DNA of 64,000 bases, taken from positions 23,668 to 87,667 of the forward strand of contig JAZSKY010000042.1 in the NCBI GenBank assembly GCA_045535095.1. The letters are read 5' to 3'. This document shows, one piece after another, positions 29,279 through 41,409 of the stretch. The notes beneath the pieces are model-generated. The model saw only the letters and a list, made by a program, of their open reading frames with translations. It searched no databases and was not told the origin of the DNA. Source of the DNA: Eubacteriales bacterium. GTDB taxonomy: Bacteria > Bacillota > Clostridia > Oscillospirales > CAG-272. Made by a program: the position numbers and the translations under genes. Within the stretch, counting starts at the first letter, position 1, and each line of letters opens with the position of its first letter.

Positions 29279-31255
29279 ATGACACCCGATAAAATACATA
29301 ATATAGGCATACTTGCGCACGTTGACGCAGGAAAAACCACACTTACAGAGCAGATGCTCTTTCTCTCGGGCGCACTCCGTACGGCAGGAAGCGTGGATCA
29401 GGGTACCGCACAGACCGACTATCTTTCTGTCGAAAGAGAGCGAGGAATCTCTGTCAAGGCGGCGCAGACCTCTTTTTTCTGGAATGAAAAGCAGATAAAT
29501 CTTATAGACACACCCGGACACGTCGATTTTGCCTCGGAGGTTGAAAGAAGCCTTTCGGTGCTTGACGGCGCAGTCCTTCTCGTCTCGGCTGTCGAGGGAA
29601 TACAGTCCTATACCGAGAACCTCTGGTACGCACTTGACGAGCTAAGTATCCCGACAGTCATCTTCGTCAATAAGACAGACCGCGCAGGAAGCAGCTTTGA
29701 GAGAGTGTGCAGAGACTTTGAGAGATCGTTTTCTCAAAAGAAGATAAGCTTTCTCCCTCTGACTCTGCCGCAAGGCGAGGAGAGACCGTCGGTTTCGGTA
29801 AAATACGCAGAAAATATATGCGATAAAATCGCGGAGACTCTTGCCGACCATAGCGACAAGATCGCCGATATGTACCTCTCTGACGAGAAAATAGACGAAA
29901 ATACGCTGAAAACCGAGCTTGCAAGGGCAGTTTCGGAGCGAAAGATAATCCCCGTCCTCTGCGGATGCGCGCAAAAGTGCGTGGGTGTGGATATCCTTCT
30001 TGATACTGTGACGGGACTCCTTCCTGCCGCCGATAAAAAGCAGACGGACGAATTTTCGGCAAGAATTTTCAGACTTGAACACGATAAAACGATGGGCAAA
30101 ATAGCGCACGTACGCCTTTACGGAGGCGCACTGCACTCGCGCGACACTCTTGACCTCGGAGATGGAAAGAGCGAAAAGATAACCCAGATAAGGCGCTTTA
30201 ACGGACAGAAATACGTTGACGCGGGCGTTGTCACAGCAGGTGATATAGGTGCGCTTTGCGGACTTTCGTCTGTAAGAGCATCGCAGATGCTCGGGTGTGC
30301 ATACGCCGACTCGTCACCGAGACTTGCGAACCCCTATCTTTCTGTAAAGGTCATTCCTAAAAGCGATGCCGATACACCGAGTCTGCTTGCCGCCCTTCGC
30401 GAAATGTCGGACGAGGATCCTCTGCTTGACTGTAAGTGGGAAAAATCGGAAAGGGAAATACTCGTTTCGATAACGGGCAAAATGCAGACCGAGATAATTT
30501 CTGCCCTTCTTTCTGAAAGATACGGACTTTCGGCAGACTTTTCCGAGCCGTCTGTCATATATAAGGAAACTCCGAGTGGAGTCGGATTCGGGTACGATCA
30601 CTATACCATGCCAAAGCCCTGCTGGGCGATAGTCAAGCTCGATATCGAGCCTCTCCCGAGAGGTGCGGGAGTCGTCTATGACGGCGGAAACGTGCCGAAT
30701 AATACCTGCTTTTATAGGTATCAGGAGCATATAAAGCGCTCGTTTTTTGCAAATCTGGAGCAGGGGCCTCTCGGCTGGCAGGTCACCGATATAAAGGCGA
30801 CTCTTAGCTATGCCGAGCATCATACGATGCACACCCATCCGCTCGACTTCTTCGTTGCAACTCCAATGGCGATAATGAACGGACTTACTAAAATAGGAAC
30901 GACACTTCTCGAGCCCTTTCTGAAGGTCAGAATAGTCGCTCCCACAGACTGTCTCGGCAAGGTTATCGGCGATATTACCGCGATGCGGGGAGAGTTCGAT
31001 ACTCCGGTAAATACGGGAGAATCTTTCACCGTCGAGGCAAGCCTTTCGGTTGCCACCTCGCTTGATTATCCAACTCGACTTGCAAGCATCACCCACGGAA
31101 GGGGAATCTTCTTCTCCCGCTTTGACGGATATAGAGAATGTCCCCTGGAGCTTGGCAAAACCGCAAAGCGCAGAGGACCGAATCCTCTCGACAGAGCAAA
31201 GTGGATACTCTATGCACGCGGTGCTATGACAGACGAGGATTATTCGATAATATAA
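29279..31255 (+). CDS. TetM/TetW-like translational GTPase (ribosomal-protection-protein family homolog)
   Basis: NIGILAHVDAGKTTLTE, DTPGHVDF and NKTD motifs. It is collinear with Tet(M)/Tet(W) through the C-terminal RRGPNPLDR region. 658 aa. Confidence 0.8.
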   Translation: MTPDKIHNIGILAHVDAGKTTLTEQMLFLSGALRTAGSVDQGTAQTDYLSVERERGISVKAAQTSFFWNEKQINLIDTPGHVDFASEVERSLSVLDGAVLLVSAVEGIQSYTENLWYALDELSIPTVIFVNKTDRAGSSFERVCRDFERSFSQKKISFLPLTLPQGEERPSVSVKYAENICDKIAETLADHSDKIADMYLSDEKIDENTLKTELARAVSERKIIPVLCGCAQKCVGVDILLDTVTGLLPAADKKQTDEFSARIFRLEHDKTMGKIAHVRLYGGALHSRDTLDLGDGKSEKITQIRRFNGQKYVDAGVVTAGDIGALCGLSSVRASQMLGCAYADSSPRLANPYLSVKVIPKSDADTPSLLAALREMSDEDPLLDCKWEKSEREILVSITGKMQTEIISALLSERYGLSADFSEPSVIYKETPSGVGFGYDHYTMPKPCWAIVKLDIEPLPRGAGVVYDGGNVPNNTCFYRYQEHIKRSFFANLEQGPLGWQVTDIKATLSYAEHHTMHTHPLDFFVATPMAIMNGLTKIGTTLLEPFLKVRIVAPTDCLGKVIGDITAMRGEFDTPVNTGESFTVEASLSVATSLDYPTRLASITHGRGIFFSRFDGYRECPLELGKTAKRRGPNPLDRAKWILYARGAMTDEDYSII

Positions 31256-31261
31256 AAATAA

Positions 31262-31292
31262 CGGAGAGTCGTTTCGACTCTCCGCTTTTTTG
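31262..31292. terminator. Bidirectional terminator
   Basis: Stem cggagagtcg / gactctccg with loop tttc, followed by a T-run. Confidence 0.85.
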
Positions 31293-32165
31293 TTATTTTA
31301 CTATCGTCACTGCCTTGTGCGCGACCGTTATGTCTGCCTCGGTGCAGTCTATAAGCTCTCCGTCAGCGCAGAGACGCTCAAGTCCCTTGAATTTTACCGC
31401 CGTGCATCTCTTGTACTTTGCAACAGATGCGAACTTGTCTGCTATATTGCCGTCGGGAGTTATGTGCGTGCCCTTTTTGTATCCGCCCACGAATCCGAAG
31501 AAGCGCAGACGGGAGATCTTCTTGACGAGTATAACGTCAAGTATTCCGTCGTCAAGCTCGGCGTTGGGAGCGCACTTGAAGCCGCCGCCGTAGTATTTTC
31601 CGTTTGCAACCGCGCAGAGAAGGAACTTGCCCTTTTCTGTTTCAACGCTTCCGTCCTCGAGAGTGAACTCGATCTCAAGATCCTTGCCCATCTTCTTGAA
31701 GATAGTTACAACCACGCCGAATGCGTACGCGAGACTGCCCTTGACGAGCTTTAACTTCTTCATCTTTTCGGTAACTGCAACGACGTCACAGTCAAATCCG
31801 ACGTTCAGAATGTTTGCGCTGTACTTGTCACCGAATTTGATAAGGTCGATCTTCTTCTCAAACGACTCGTCCTCGGGAAGCGATCTTACGAAATCGTTGC
31901 CCGTTCCGAAGGGAACGATAGTGAGAAGAGCGCTCTCTCCCGCGCCTGCCTGCATTATTCCGTTTACCGATTCGTAAACGCTTCCGTCACCGCCGTAAAC
32001 GGTAACGTGCGCGCTCGGATCTTCGGTGCAGACCTGCTTTATTTTCTCGGTCGCATCTCCCTGACTTTTGGAGCGGTAGCACTTTGATTCGTCCACTCCT
32101 GCGGGCGTTTTTTTCTTTGAATTTATTATCGTAAATGCTTTTCTTTTAGTTTCTGTATGTACCAT
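31293..32165 (-). CDS. Diacylglycerol/lipid kinase family protein (YegS/DagK-like)
   Basis: Contains VYGGDGSVYESVNG and PFGTGNDF. Only the last 290 codons of the 885-aa track ORF are real. The rest is antisense to guaB. Confidence 0.8.
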   Translation of the reverse strand: MVHTETKRKAFTIINSKKKTPAGVDESKCYRSKSQGDATEKIKQVCTEDPSAHVTVYGGDGSVYESVNGIMQAGAGESALLTIVPFGTGNDFVRSLPEDESFEKKIDLIKFGDKYSANILNVGFDCDVVAVTEKMKKLKLVKGSLAYAFGVVVTIFKKMGKDLEIEFTLEDGSVETEKGKFLLCAVANGKYYGGGFKCAPNAELDDGILDVILVKKISRLRFFGFVGGYKKGTHITPDGNIADKFASVAKYKRCTAVKFKGLERLCADGELIDCTEADITVAHKAVTIVK

Positions 32166-32258
32166 ATTTACCTCGATAAGATCTGTACTTGTGAAACAAA
32201 CATAACAATTATAACACAAAAGTGTTAATTTGTCAAATAATGTTGCGATATTTTTTGA

Positions 32259-33863
<1,605 letters not shown>

Positions 33864-33874
33864 AATTAAAAGGT

Positions 33875-33917
33875 AAAAAATCCCGCGAAAGTAAAATCGC
33901 GGGATTTTATCTTTTTT
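33875..33917 (+). terminator. guaB terminator
   Basis: Stem aaatcccgcga / tcgcgggattt followed by a T-run. Confidence 0.85.
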
Positions 33918-33939
33918 GTGTAAAAAGACCCGAAAACCG

Positions 33940-33968
33940 TTGACAAACAAGAGAATTTGATATATAAT
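33940..33968 (+). promoter_or_regulatory. pflB promoter
   Basis: TTGACA (33940-33945), a 17-nt spacer, then TATAAT (33963-33968). Confidence 0.7.
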
Positions 33969-33971
33969 ATA

Positions 33972-33988
33972 TTGTTACGTTGTAACAA
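33972..33988. promoter_or_regulatory. Inverted repeat TTGTTAC-gtt-GTAACAA just downstream of the pflB -10 (candidate operator, Rex-like half sites)
   Basis: Perfect 7-bp arms read directly from the sequence. Confidence 0.4.
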
Positions 33989-34040
33989 AGTGTAAACGAG
34001 ACCGTTTGACTCCCAAACGGCATGAAAGGATAGATGATAG

Positions 34041-36266
34041 ATGAATTATTGGAGAGGCTTTAAAGAAGGAAATTGGAATAAAGAGATCGACGTGCGCGAT
34101 TTCATTATGCTTAACTATACACCCTACGAGGGCGGCGCGGACTTCCTTGAGGGAACGACCGAGCGTACTGAGGCGGTAATGACTCGTGTAAACGATCTTC
34201 TCGTTGAGGAGATCGAAAAGGGCGGTGTTCTTAAAATAGATACCGACCACGTTTCCTCGATACTTTCGCATAAGCCGGGATACGTCATCAAGAGCAAGGA
34301 TATAATCCTCGGACTCCAGACGGACGAGCCCCTTAAAAGAGCGGTCAACCCCTTCGCAGGATACAGAAACGCAGTTCAGGCTTGTCAGGCGTACGGCTAC
34401 GAGATCGGCGAAAACGTACATAACGAGTTCAGATACCGCACAACTCATAATACCGGCGTTTTCCGCGCGTACACCGACACTATGAAAAAGGCAAGACACG
34501 CAGGCGTTCTCACAGGACTTCCCGACGCTTACGCAAGAGGAAGAATTATCGGTGACTACCGCAGAATTGCTCTTTACGGAATGGACTACCTCATAAATGA
34601 GAGAGTCAAGGATAAAAAGCGCATCAGCGAGCGCGATATGGACGCAGATACCATTCAGCTTGTCGAGGATATCGAAAAGCAGCTCGACTTCATGCGTCAG
34701 CTCGTCAAGATGGCAGAGCAGCACGGATGCGACATCACCCGTCCTGCAGATAACGCTTACGAGGCTATTCAGTGGCTCTATTTCGGATACCTCGGCGCAG
34801 TCAAGGAGCAGAACGGCGCGGCTAACAGTATTGGCCGTATCTCCTCGTTCATTGATATTTATATTCAGAGAGACCTTAACGAGGGAACGCTCGACGAGAC
34901 TCGCGCGCAGGAGCTTATAGACGATCTCGTTGTCAAGATGCGACTCGTTCGTCATCTCCGTACCCCCGAGTATAATAACCTCTTTGCAGGCGACCCCGTA
35001 TGGGTAACCTGCTCGCTCGCAGGTATGAGCGAGGACGGCAGAACGCTCGTTACAAAGACCTGCTTCCGCTTCCTCCAGACTCTTTATAACCTCGGACCGA
35101 GCGCAGAGCCGAACATCACCGTTCTCTGGTCGCAGAATCTCCCCGAGGAGTTCAAGCGCTTCTGTGCAAAGGTTTCTATTGATACAGACTCTATTCAGTA
35201 CGAAAACGACGACGTAATGCGTCGTGATTTCGGTGACGACTACTCGATCGCTTGCTGCGTTTCGGCTATGAAGACGGGTAAGCAGATGCAGTTCTTCGGT
35301 GCAAGATGTAACCTTGCAAAGGTTCTTCTTATGGCGCTCAACGGCGGACGTGACGAGATCCACGGCGAGCAGATCGCTCCCGAGGGAGAGACCTTCGCCG
35401 AGGAGGTTCTTGACTACGAAAAGGTAGTCGAGGTGTTCAAGTCCTACGCATCGTGGATGGCAAAGCTTTACGTCAATACGATGAACGTTATCCACTATAT
35501 GCACGATAGATACGCTTACGAGCGTCTTATGATGTCCTTCCACGACGTCGAGCCCGAAAGACTTATGGCGTTCGGTATCAGCGGACTCAGCGTTCTTACC
35601 GATAGCCTTAGCGCGATCAAGTACGCAAAGGTAACTCCTGTAAAGGACGAGCGCGGAATCATCACCGACTTTAAGATCGAGGGCGATTTCCCCAAATACG
35701 GAAACGATGACGACAGAGTTGACTCGATAGCGAAATGGATCACCGAGTTCTTCTACGCAGAGCTTTGCAAGACAAAGCCGTACAGAGGAGCAAAGCACAC
35801 CCTTTCGATACTCACCATCACCTCTAACGTGGTTTACGGACAGAAGACGGGCGCAACTCCCGACGGAAGAAAGGCGGGCGAGCCCTTTGCTCCCGGCGCA
35901 AACCCGATGCACGGACGCGACTGCGAGGGCGCACTTTCCTCGCTCAACTCGGTTGCAAAGCTTTGCTTTGACTGCTGTCAGGACGGTATCTCGAATACCT
36001 TCTCGATAACTCCCGACACTCTCGGTGAAAACGAAGAAAAGCAGATAGATAACCTTGTAAGCGTTCTCGACGGATATTTCGTTCAGGATGCACACCACCT
36101 CAACGTAAACGTTCTTAACCGTCAGAAGCTTATCGACGCGATGAACGATCCCACACTTTACCCCTCGCTCACCATTCGTGTCAGCGGATATGCGGTCAAC
36201 TTCAATAAGCTTACAAAGGATAAGCAGCTTGAGGTTATCTCGCGTACCTTCCACGAGAAAATGTAA
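34041..36266 (+). CDS. pflB: Formate C-acetyltransferase (pyruvate formate-lyase)
   Basis: 741 aa with the glycyl radical motif RVSGYAVNF and the active-site pair IACCVSAM. Confidence 0.97.
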   Translation: MNYWRGFKEGNWNKEIDVRDFIMLNYTPYEGGADFLEGTTERTEAVMTRVNDLLVEEIEKGGVLKIDTDHVSSILSHKPGYVIKSKDIILGLQTDEPLKRAVNPFAGYRNAVQACQAYGYEIGENVHNEFRYRTTHNTGVFRAYTDTMKKARHAGVLTGLPDAYARGRIIGDYRRIALYGMDYLINERVKDKKRISERDMDADTIQLVEDIEKQLDFMRQLVKMAEQHGCDITRPADNAYEAIQWLYFGYLGAVKEQNGAANSIGRISSFIDIYIQRDLNEGTLDETRAQELIDDLVVKMRLVRHLRTPEYNNLFAGDPVWVTCSLAGMSEDGRTLVTKTCFRFLQTLYNLGPSAEPNITVLWSQNLPEEFKRFCAKVSIDTDSIQYENDDVMRRDFGDDYSIACCVSAMKTGKQMQFFGARCNLAKVLLMALNGGRDEIHGEQIAPEGETFAEEVLDYEKVVEVFKSYASWMAKLYVNTMNVIHYMHDRYAYERLMMSFHDVEPERLMAFGISGLSVLTDSLSAIKYAKVTPVKDERGIITDFKIEGDFPKYGNDDDRVDSIAKWITEFFYAELCKTKPYRGAKHTLSILTITSNVVYGQKTGATPDGRKAGEPFAPGANPMHGRDCEGALSSLNSVAKLCFDCCQDGISNTFSITPDTLGENEEKQIDNLVSVLDGYFVQDAHHLNVNVLNRQKLIDAMNDPTLYPSLTIRVSGYAVNFNKLTKDKQLEVISRTFHEKM

Positions 36267-36267
36267 T

Positions 36268-36990
36268 ATGAAGGGATATATACATTCCTTTGAAAGTCTC
36301 GCCGCCCTCGATGGCGGCGGACTCCGTTTTGCAGTCTTTTTCGCAGGCTGCCCGATGCGATGCGCATACTGTCATAACCCCGATATGTGGGCGAGAAGCA
36401 GCGCAAAATACGAGATGACACCCGAGGAGCTTTTTAAGAAGATCGTCCGCTATACGCCCTATTTTAAAAATGGCGGCGGAGTGACCTTCCTCGGCGGCGA
36501 GCCTCTTGTGCAGTCCGATTTTATTTGCGAGATGATACCCCTGCTTGACGAGGCGAAAATAAGCTACGTCGTTGATACCGCCGGCGTTTGCGAGCTGACT
36601 CCAAGCGTCAAGAGGGTACTCGAAAACGCAGAAAAGGTGCTTCTTGACCTCAAATTCTGGGATAGTGAAAGCTATCTCAAATATACGGGTGACGCGGGAG
36701 AAAACACTCTCAAAACTCTCGATTTTCTCGAGAGCATCGGCAAAAAAACGGTTATAAGAACGGTAGTCGTTCCCGACGTGAACGATAGCGAGGAGATACT
36801 TGAAAGGTATATTCCGTTTGTCAAGGATAAAAAGTGCGTTGAGAAATACGAGCTTCTTTCCTTCCATACAATGGGATTTTTCAAGTACGATGCACTCAAA
36901 GTAGAGAATCCCTTTTCGGAAAAAAGCGCGCTCGATAAGTCGAAAAGAGACGCTCTGCAGGAATTCGTTAATAAAAAAATAATCGGTTGA
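36268..36990 (+). CDS. pflA: Pyruvate formate-lyase activating enzyme
   Basis: Contains GCPMRCAYCHNPD. The start ATG 36268 is 2 nt after the pflB stop. Confidence 0.93.
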   Translation: MKGYIHSFESLAALDGGGLRFAVFFAGCPMRCAYCHNPDMWARSSAKYEMTPEELFKKIVRYTPYFKNGGGVTFLGGEPLVQSDFICEMIPLLDEAKISYVVDTAGVCELTPSVKRVLENAEKVLLDLKFWDSESYLKYTGDAGENTLKTLDFLESIGKKTVIRTVVVPDVNDSEEILERYIPFVKDKKCVEKYELLSFHTMGFFKYDALKVENPFSEKSALDKSKRDALQEFVNKKIIG

Positions 36991-37012
36991 CTGAAAAGTC
37001 AACCGATTTTCT
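36983..37012. terminator. Bidirectional terminator
   Basis: Stem atcggttgac / gtcaaccgat. Confidence 0.75.
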
Positions 37013-37014
37013 TT

Positions 37015-38496
37015 TTAAAGTGTTACGCCGTCCTTGAAGATAGCAAGCTCGTGCTTGTCGAGAAGCTCGGATGCCGCCTTGATCTCACCCGAGGCCACCG
37101 CTAAAACGTAGTCGGTAAACTCGTCTGTAAGAGAAGCCATATCCTTGCCCTCAAGAAGCTGACCTGCGTTGAAATCTATCCAGCGCGATTTGAACTCTGC
37201 AAGACGCGAGTTGCTCGAGATCTTGAGCGTGGGAATGGGACAACCGAACGGTGTGCCGCGTCCCGTTGTGAAGAGAATGAGCTGTGCGCCCGAGATGGTA
37301 AGTGCGCCCGACGCCACAAGGTCGTTTCCGGGAGCCTGAAGCAGGGAAAGACCCTTTTTCGTTACTTCCTCTCCGTAAGAAAGAACGTCCTCTACGGGAG
37401 CGCCACCGCCCTTTTGAACGCATCCAAGCGACTTGTCCTCAAGCGTTGTGATACCGCCTGCCTTGTTTCCGGGCGAGGGATTTTCGTCCACCTTTTCGCC
37501 GTAACGCATAAAGTATTTCTTGAAATTGTTGATAAGATCAACAGTTTTCGAGAAAAGCTCGGGCGTTCTGCAACGGTTCATAAGAATCGTCTCCGCGCCA
37601 AACATTTCGGGTACCTCAGTGAGAATGGTGCTTCCGCCCATAGAAATAAGATTATCCGAGAAGGATCCGAGCAGGGGGTTTGCGGTAATTCCCGAGAATC
37701 CGTCCGAGCCGCCGCATTTGAGACCGACTATAAGCTCGGATGCAGGACACCTCTCGCGGCGCGCCTTGTCGGCATTTTCGGCAAGAGCCTTGACTATCTC
37801 AACGCCCTCGCTTATCTCGTCAGCACTTTCCTGACAGATAAGGAACTTGACTCTGTTTTCGTCATATTCGCCGAGACGCTTTTTAAGCTCGTCGATGTTT
37901 CCGTTCTCGCAACCGAGACCGACAACAAGCACGCCCGATGCGTTGGGATGACGGATAAGTCCTGCAAGATAGTCGAGCGTCATAAGACAGTCCTCACCAA
38001 GCTGTGAGCATCCGTACGGGTGGTTGTAGGAGTATATTCCGTCAATGTTTTCGGTAATAAAGTCGGAAGAGTTAGCCTCGATCTCGCGAACTATCGAGTT
38101 TACGCATCCGACAGTCGGAATTATCCATATCTCGTTTCTGATACCGACCTTTCCGTCAGGACGTCTGTATCCCATGAAATATTTGGACTCTTTTTTTGAG
38201 ATCTCCTCAAAATTCGGCTCATATTTGTAGTCAAGAAGCTGACCGAGATTTGAACGCGTGTTGTGGGTATGTACGTGCTCGCCCGCCTTTATATCACACT
38301 TTGCGTGACCGATAGGGAAGGCGTACTTTATGATGTTTTCGCCCTTGGCTATGTCACAAAGCGCGAACTTGTGACCTGCGGGAATGTCACTTTTGAGCGT
38401 GACCTCTTTCCCCGAGACTGTGACCCTTTCGCCGGCAGAGATAGCCTCGACGGCAACAGCTACCTTGTCCTTTGCGTTGATTTGAAGCGCCTTCAT
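37015..38496 (-). CDS. uxaA: Altronate dehydratase
   Basis: SAF domain N-terminus (MKALQINAKDKVAVAV...GHKFAL) plus the UxaA C-terminal domain. The start was trimmed to 38496. Confidence 0.9.
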   Translation of the reverse strand: MKALQINAKDKVAVAVEAISAGERVTVSGKEVTLKSDIPAGHKFALCDIAKGENIIKYAFPIGHAKCDIKAGEHVHTHNTRSNLGQLLDYKYEPNFEEISKKESKYFMGYRRPDGKVGIRNEIWIIPTVGCVNSIVREIEANSSDFITENIDGIYSYNHPYGCSQLGEDCLMTLDYLAGLIRHPNASGVLVVGLGCENGNIDELKKRLGEYDENRVKFLICQESADEISEGVEIVKALAENADKARRERCPASELIVGLKCGGSDGFSGITANPLLGSFSDNLISMGGSTILTEVPEMFGAETILMNRCRTPELFSKTVDLINNFKKYFMRYGEKVDENPSPGNKAGGITTLEDKSLGCVQKGGGAPVEDVLSYGEEVTKKGLSLLQAPGNDLVASGALTISGAQLILFTTGRGTPFGCPIPTLKISSNSRLAEFKSRWIDFNAGQLLEGKDMASLTDEFTDYVLAVASGEIKAASELLDKHELAIFKDGVTL

Positions 38497-38500
38497 TGCT

Positions 38501-39967
38501 TTACGCCTCCAAAGCTGCCGTAAGAGCGGCGTTTGCATCAGCGCGAAGGAGCTTGTACCACTTTGTAACTTCGTCGGTAAGACCGCAGTATTTCGTCAGA
38601 TCCTCGCCCCAGAAAGACTCGTTAGAAAGAGCGGCAGGAATGAACTTGCAGGGACATTCGGAGCTGTTTTCTGCAAAGAACTTGATCACAGCCTCGTCGT
38701 CGCGTACAGAGTATGCGTCGCCGTTTGCTCTCTTTGTCGAGAGTGCGCCGTCAACTATCTCGCTGCCTGTGTAGAAGGCAAGGAGTGCGGCAAGCGAGAA
38801 TGTGATAAGTCTCGGGAGCTTGCCCTCGTTCTTTACGTAGTCCTTAAAGGAGGGAAGAACTCTAGCCTTCCACTTCGATACCGAGTTGAGCGAGATCGAA
38901 AGGAGCGCGTGGTCGATAAAGGGATTTTCAAATCTTTCAAATACAGAGTCTGCAAATGCGAGAACCTCGTCTGCAGGGAGATTTACCTGAGGCGCTATCT
39001 CATCTCGTACGATAGAGCGGATAAACTTGCCCATTACAGAGTCGTACATACAGTCGCGAACGATGTCAAAGCCGCAGAGATATGCCGCAAGAACAGAGGA
39101 GGTGTGCGCGCCGTTGAGGACGCGTACCTTTCTCTCGCGGTAGGGCTTCTGGTTGTTGGTGAATACGACGGGGAGTCCTGCCTTGTCAAGCGGAAATTCT
39201 GCCGAGACGTCCTTGTCGCTCTCGATTACCCAAAGAGCGAAAGGCTCGCCGACGTCGATAAGATCGTCGGTGTATCCCATTTCCTCGTATATCTTCGATG
39301 CCGCCTCTGCGCCCGGATAACCGGTGACGATTCTGTCAACGAGAGTGCTGCAGAATACGTTGTTATTTTCTACCCAAGATTTGAACTCTGCGCCGAGATT
39401 CCAGATGTCGGAAAGAGCGAGAACGCACTCGCGGAGCTTTCCGCCGTTGTTTTCGATAAGCTCAACGGGGAGTATGATAAGACCCTTGGACGCGTCGCCA
39501 CCAAACTTTTCAAATCTGTTATAGAGGAACTTAGTGAGCTTTCCGGGATAGGTCGAGGGCAGACCCTCGATAGAATCGCTTTTGTCGAGAACGATGCCTG
39601 CCTCGGTAGTGTTCGAGATGACGAAGCGGAGGCTTTCAAGCTCGGAAAGAGCCATGTAATCGTCGTAATTTTCAGCGGCGTCAAGCACCTTCGATACAGA
39701 GGTGATAACTCGCTTGTCGTTTACAGTACGACCGTTTTCCTTACCGCGGAGAACTACCGTGTAGAGATTGTCCTGCTGATTAAAACGCTCGAGGTTTCCA
39801 AAGGAAATGGGCTTAACTATCGCAATATTTCCGTCAAAAACGCCCTTTTCGTTTGCAATGTCGATCATATAGTCGGTGAATGCGCGGAGGAAATTTCCTT
39901 CTCCGAACTGAACTACCTTTATAGGTCTGTCGGCACGCGAGATGCCGAGATCGGTTATCTTTTTCAT
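38501..39967 (-). CDS. uxaB: Tagaturonate reductase (altronate oxidoreductase)
   Basis: Mannitol dehydrogenase family. N-terminus VVQFGEGNFLRAF. Confidence 0.88.
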   Translation of the reverse strand: MKKITDLGISRADRPIKVVQFGEGNFLRAFTDYMIDIANEKGVFDGNIAIVKPISFGNLERFNQQDNLYTVVLRGKENGRTVNDKRVITSVSKVLDAAENYDDYMALSELESLRFVISNTTEAGIVLDKSDSIEGLPSTYPGKLTKFLYNRFEKFGGDASKGLIILPVELIENNGGKLRECVLALSDIWNLGAEFKSWVENNNVFCSTLVDRIVTGYPGAEAASKIYEEMGYTDDLIDVGEPFALWVIESDKDVSAEFPLDKAGLPVVFTNNQKPYRERKVRVLNGAHTSSVLAAYLCGFDIVRDCMYDSVMGKFIRSIVRDEIAPQVNLPADEVLAFADSVFERFENPFIDHALLSISLNSVSKWKARVLPSFKDYVKNEGKLPRLITFSLAALLAFYTGSEIVDGALSTKRANGDAYSVRDDEAVIKFFAENSSECPCKFIPAALSNESFWGEDLTKYCGLTDEVTKWYKLLRADANAALTAALEA

Positions 39968-39991
39968 AATCTTAAAATCCTTTCAAGACTC

Positions 39992-41392
39992 TTATTTTAC
40001 ATCAAAATACTTTTCTGCGTTGTTGTAGCAGATGCCGCAAACGATCTCGCCGAGATACTTTTCGTCTGCAGGATACTCGCCGTTTTCAACCCACTCGCCG
40101 ATAAGGTTGCAGAGGATTCTTCTGAAATATTCGTGACGTGTGTAGGAAAGGAAGCTGCGCGAGTCGGTAAGCATACCAACGAAGTTTCCGAGAACCGAAA
40201 GGTTTGCAAGAGATTTAAGCTGAGTCTCCATTCCGCTCTTTGTATCGTTGAACCACCAGGCAGAGCCGTGCTGGATCTTGCCTGCGATCTCAGTACCCTG
40301 GAATGCGCCGATTATCGTGCCGAGCATTTCGTTGTCGTTGGGGTTGAGCGAATAGAGTATAGTCTTGGGAAGGAGGTTATCCTTCTGAAGTGCGTTGAGG
40401 AATCCCGTAATAGCAAATCCGCAGTCGCGAACAGAGATGCAGTCAAATCCGGTGTCGGGACCGAGACGCTCGAACATTGCGCCGTTTGTGTTTCTTTGCG
40501 CGCCGTAGTGGAGCTGCATTACGATACCGCGGCGAGCGTACTCTCTGCCGAGGTGGAGCATAATAGCGGTCTTGTACTTGTCAGCCTCGGTCTGTGTGAT
40601 CTTTTCGCCGCTGATGGCACGTGCGAAAATGTCCTCAACCTCGCTGTCGGACGCTTCCTCATAAACCACGTAGTCAAGACCGTGGTCGGTAGCGCGGCAA
40701 CCAAGAGAGCAGAAATAGTCGAGACGGTTTGTGAGAGCCGCCTTTACGTCCTCAACGCTCTTGATTTCAATTCCCGATGCCTCGGAGAGCTTTGCAAGAT
40801 AGTCGGTAAAGCCTGCCTTTTCGATGTTGACGGCCTTGTCGGGGCGGTAGGAGGGAAGAACTGCTACGGGGAAATCTCCCTCGTCGCGGAGCTTTCTGTG
40901 CCACTCGAGCGAGTCGATAGGATCGTCGGTAGTACCGATCATCTTAACGTTCGATTTAAGAATGATGTTTCTGACTCTCATATCGTCGCTTGCAAGTCTT
41001 GCGTTGCAGAGATTCCAGACCTCCTTTGCGGTATCCTCGTTAAGGACGCCGCTATATCCGAAATACTTTTTAAGCTCAAGGTGAGTCCAGTGATACATCG
41101 GATTTCCGATAGCCTTCGGAAGCATTCTTGCAAAGTTCATAAACTTGGTGTAATCGTCAGCGGCGCCGGTGATCTCGTCCTCGCATACGCCGTTGCTTCT
41201 TATAAGACGCCACTTGTAGTGGTCGCCGCCAAGCCAGATCTGAGTGATGTTGTCAAACTTGCGGTTTTCATATATCTCCTGCGGATTTATATGGCAGTGA
41301 TAGTCAATTATCGGCATATTTGCCGCATAGTTGTGATAAAGCTTCTGAGCCGTTTTTGTTTTGAGAAGAAAATTCTTGTCCATAAATTTCAT
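39992..41392 (-). CDS. uxaC: Glucuronate isomerase
   Basis: Contains FLLKTKTAQKLYHNYAANMPIIDYHCH. The start was trimmed to ATG 41392, which has a GAGG RBS. Confidence 0.93.
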   Translation of the reverse strand: MKFMDKNFLLKTKTAQKLYHNYAANMPIIDYHCHINPQEIYENRKFDNITQIWLGGDHYKWRLIRSNGVCEDEITGAADDYTKFMNFARMLPKAIGNPMYHWTHLELKKYFGYSGVLNEDTAKEVWNLCNARLASDDMRVRNIILKSNVKMIGTTDDPIDSLEWHRKLRDEGDFPVAVLPSYRPDKAVNIEKAGFTDYLAKLSEASGIEIKSVEDVKAALTNRLDYFCSLGCRATDHGLDYVVYEEASDSEVEDIFARAISGEKITQTEADKYKTAIMLHLGREYARRGIVMQLHYGAQRNTNGAMFERLGPDTGFDCISVRDCGFAITGFLNALQKDNLLPKTILYSLNPNDNEMLGTIIGAFQGTEIAGKIQHGSAWWFNDTKSGMETQLKSLANLSVLGNFVGMLTDSRSFLSYTRHEYFRRILCNLIGEWVENGEYPADEKYLGEIVCGICYNNAEKYFDVK

Positions 41393-41409
41393 AGCACTGT
41401 ACCTCTTTT

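Noticed and set aside
33975-36254. 759-aa minus-strand ORF
   Set aside because: It is antisense to pflB, whose identity is unambiguous from the glycyl radical motif.
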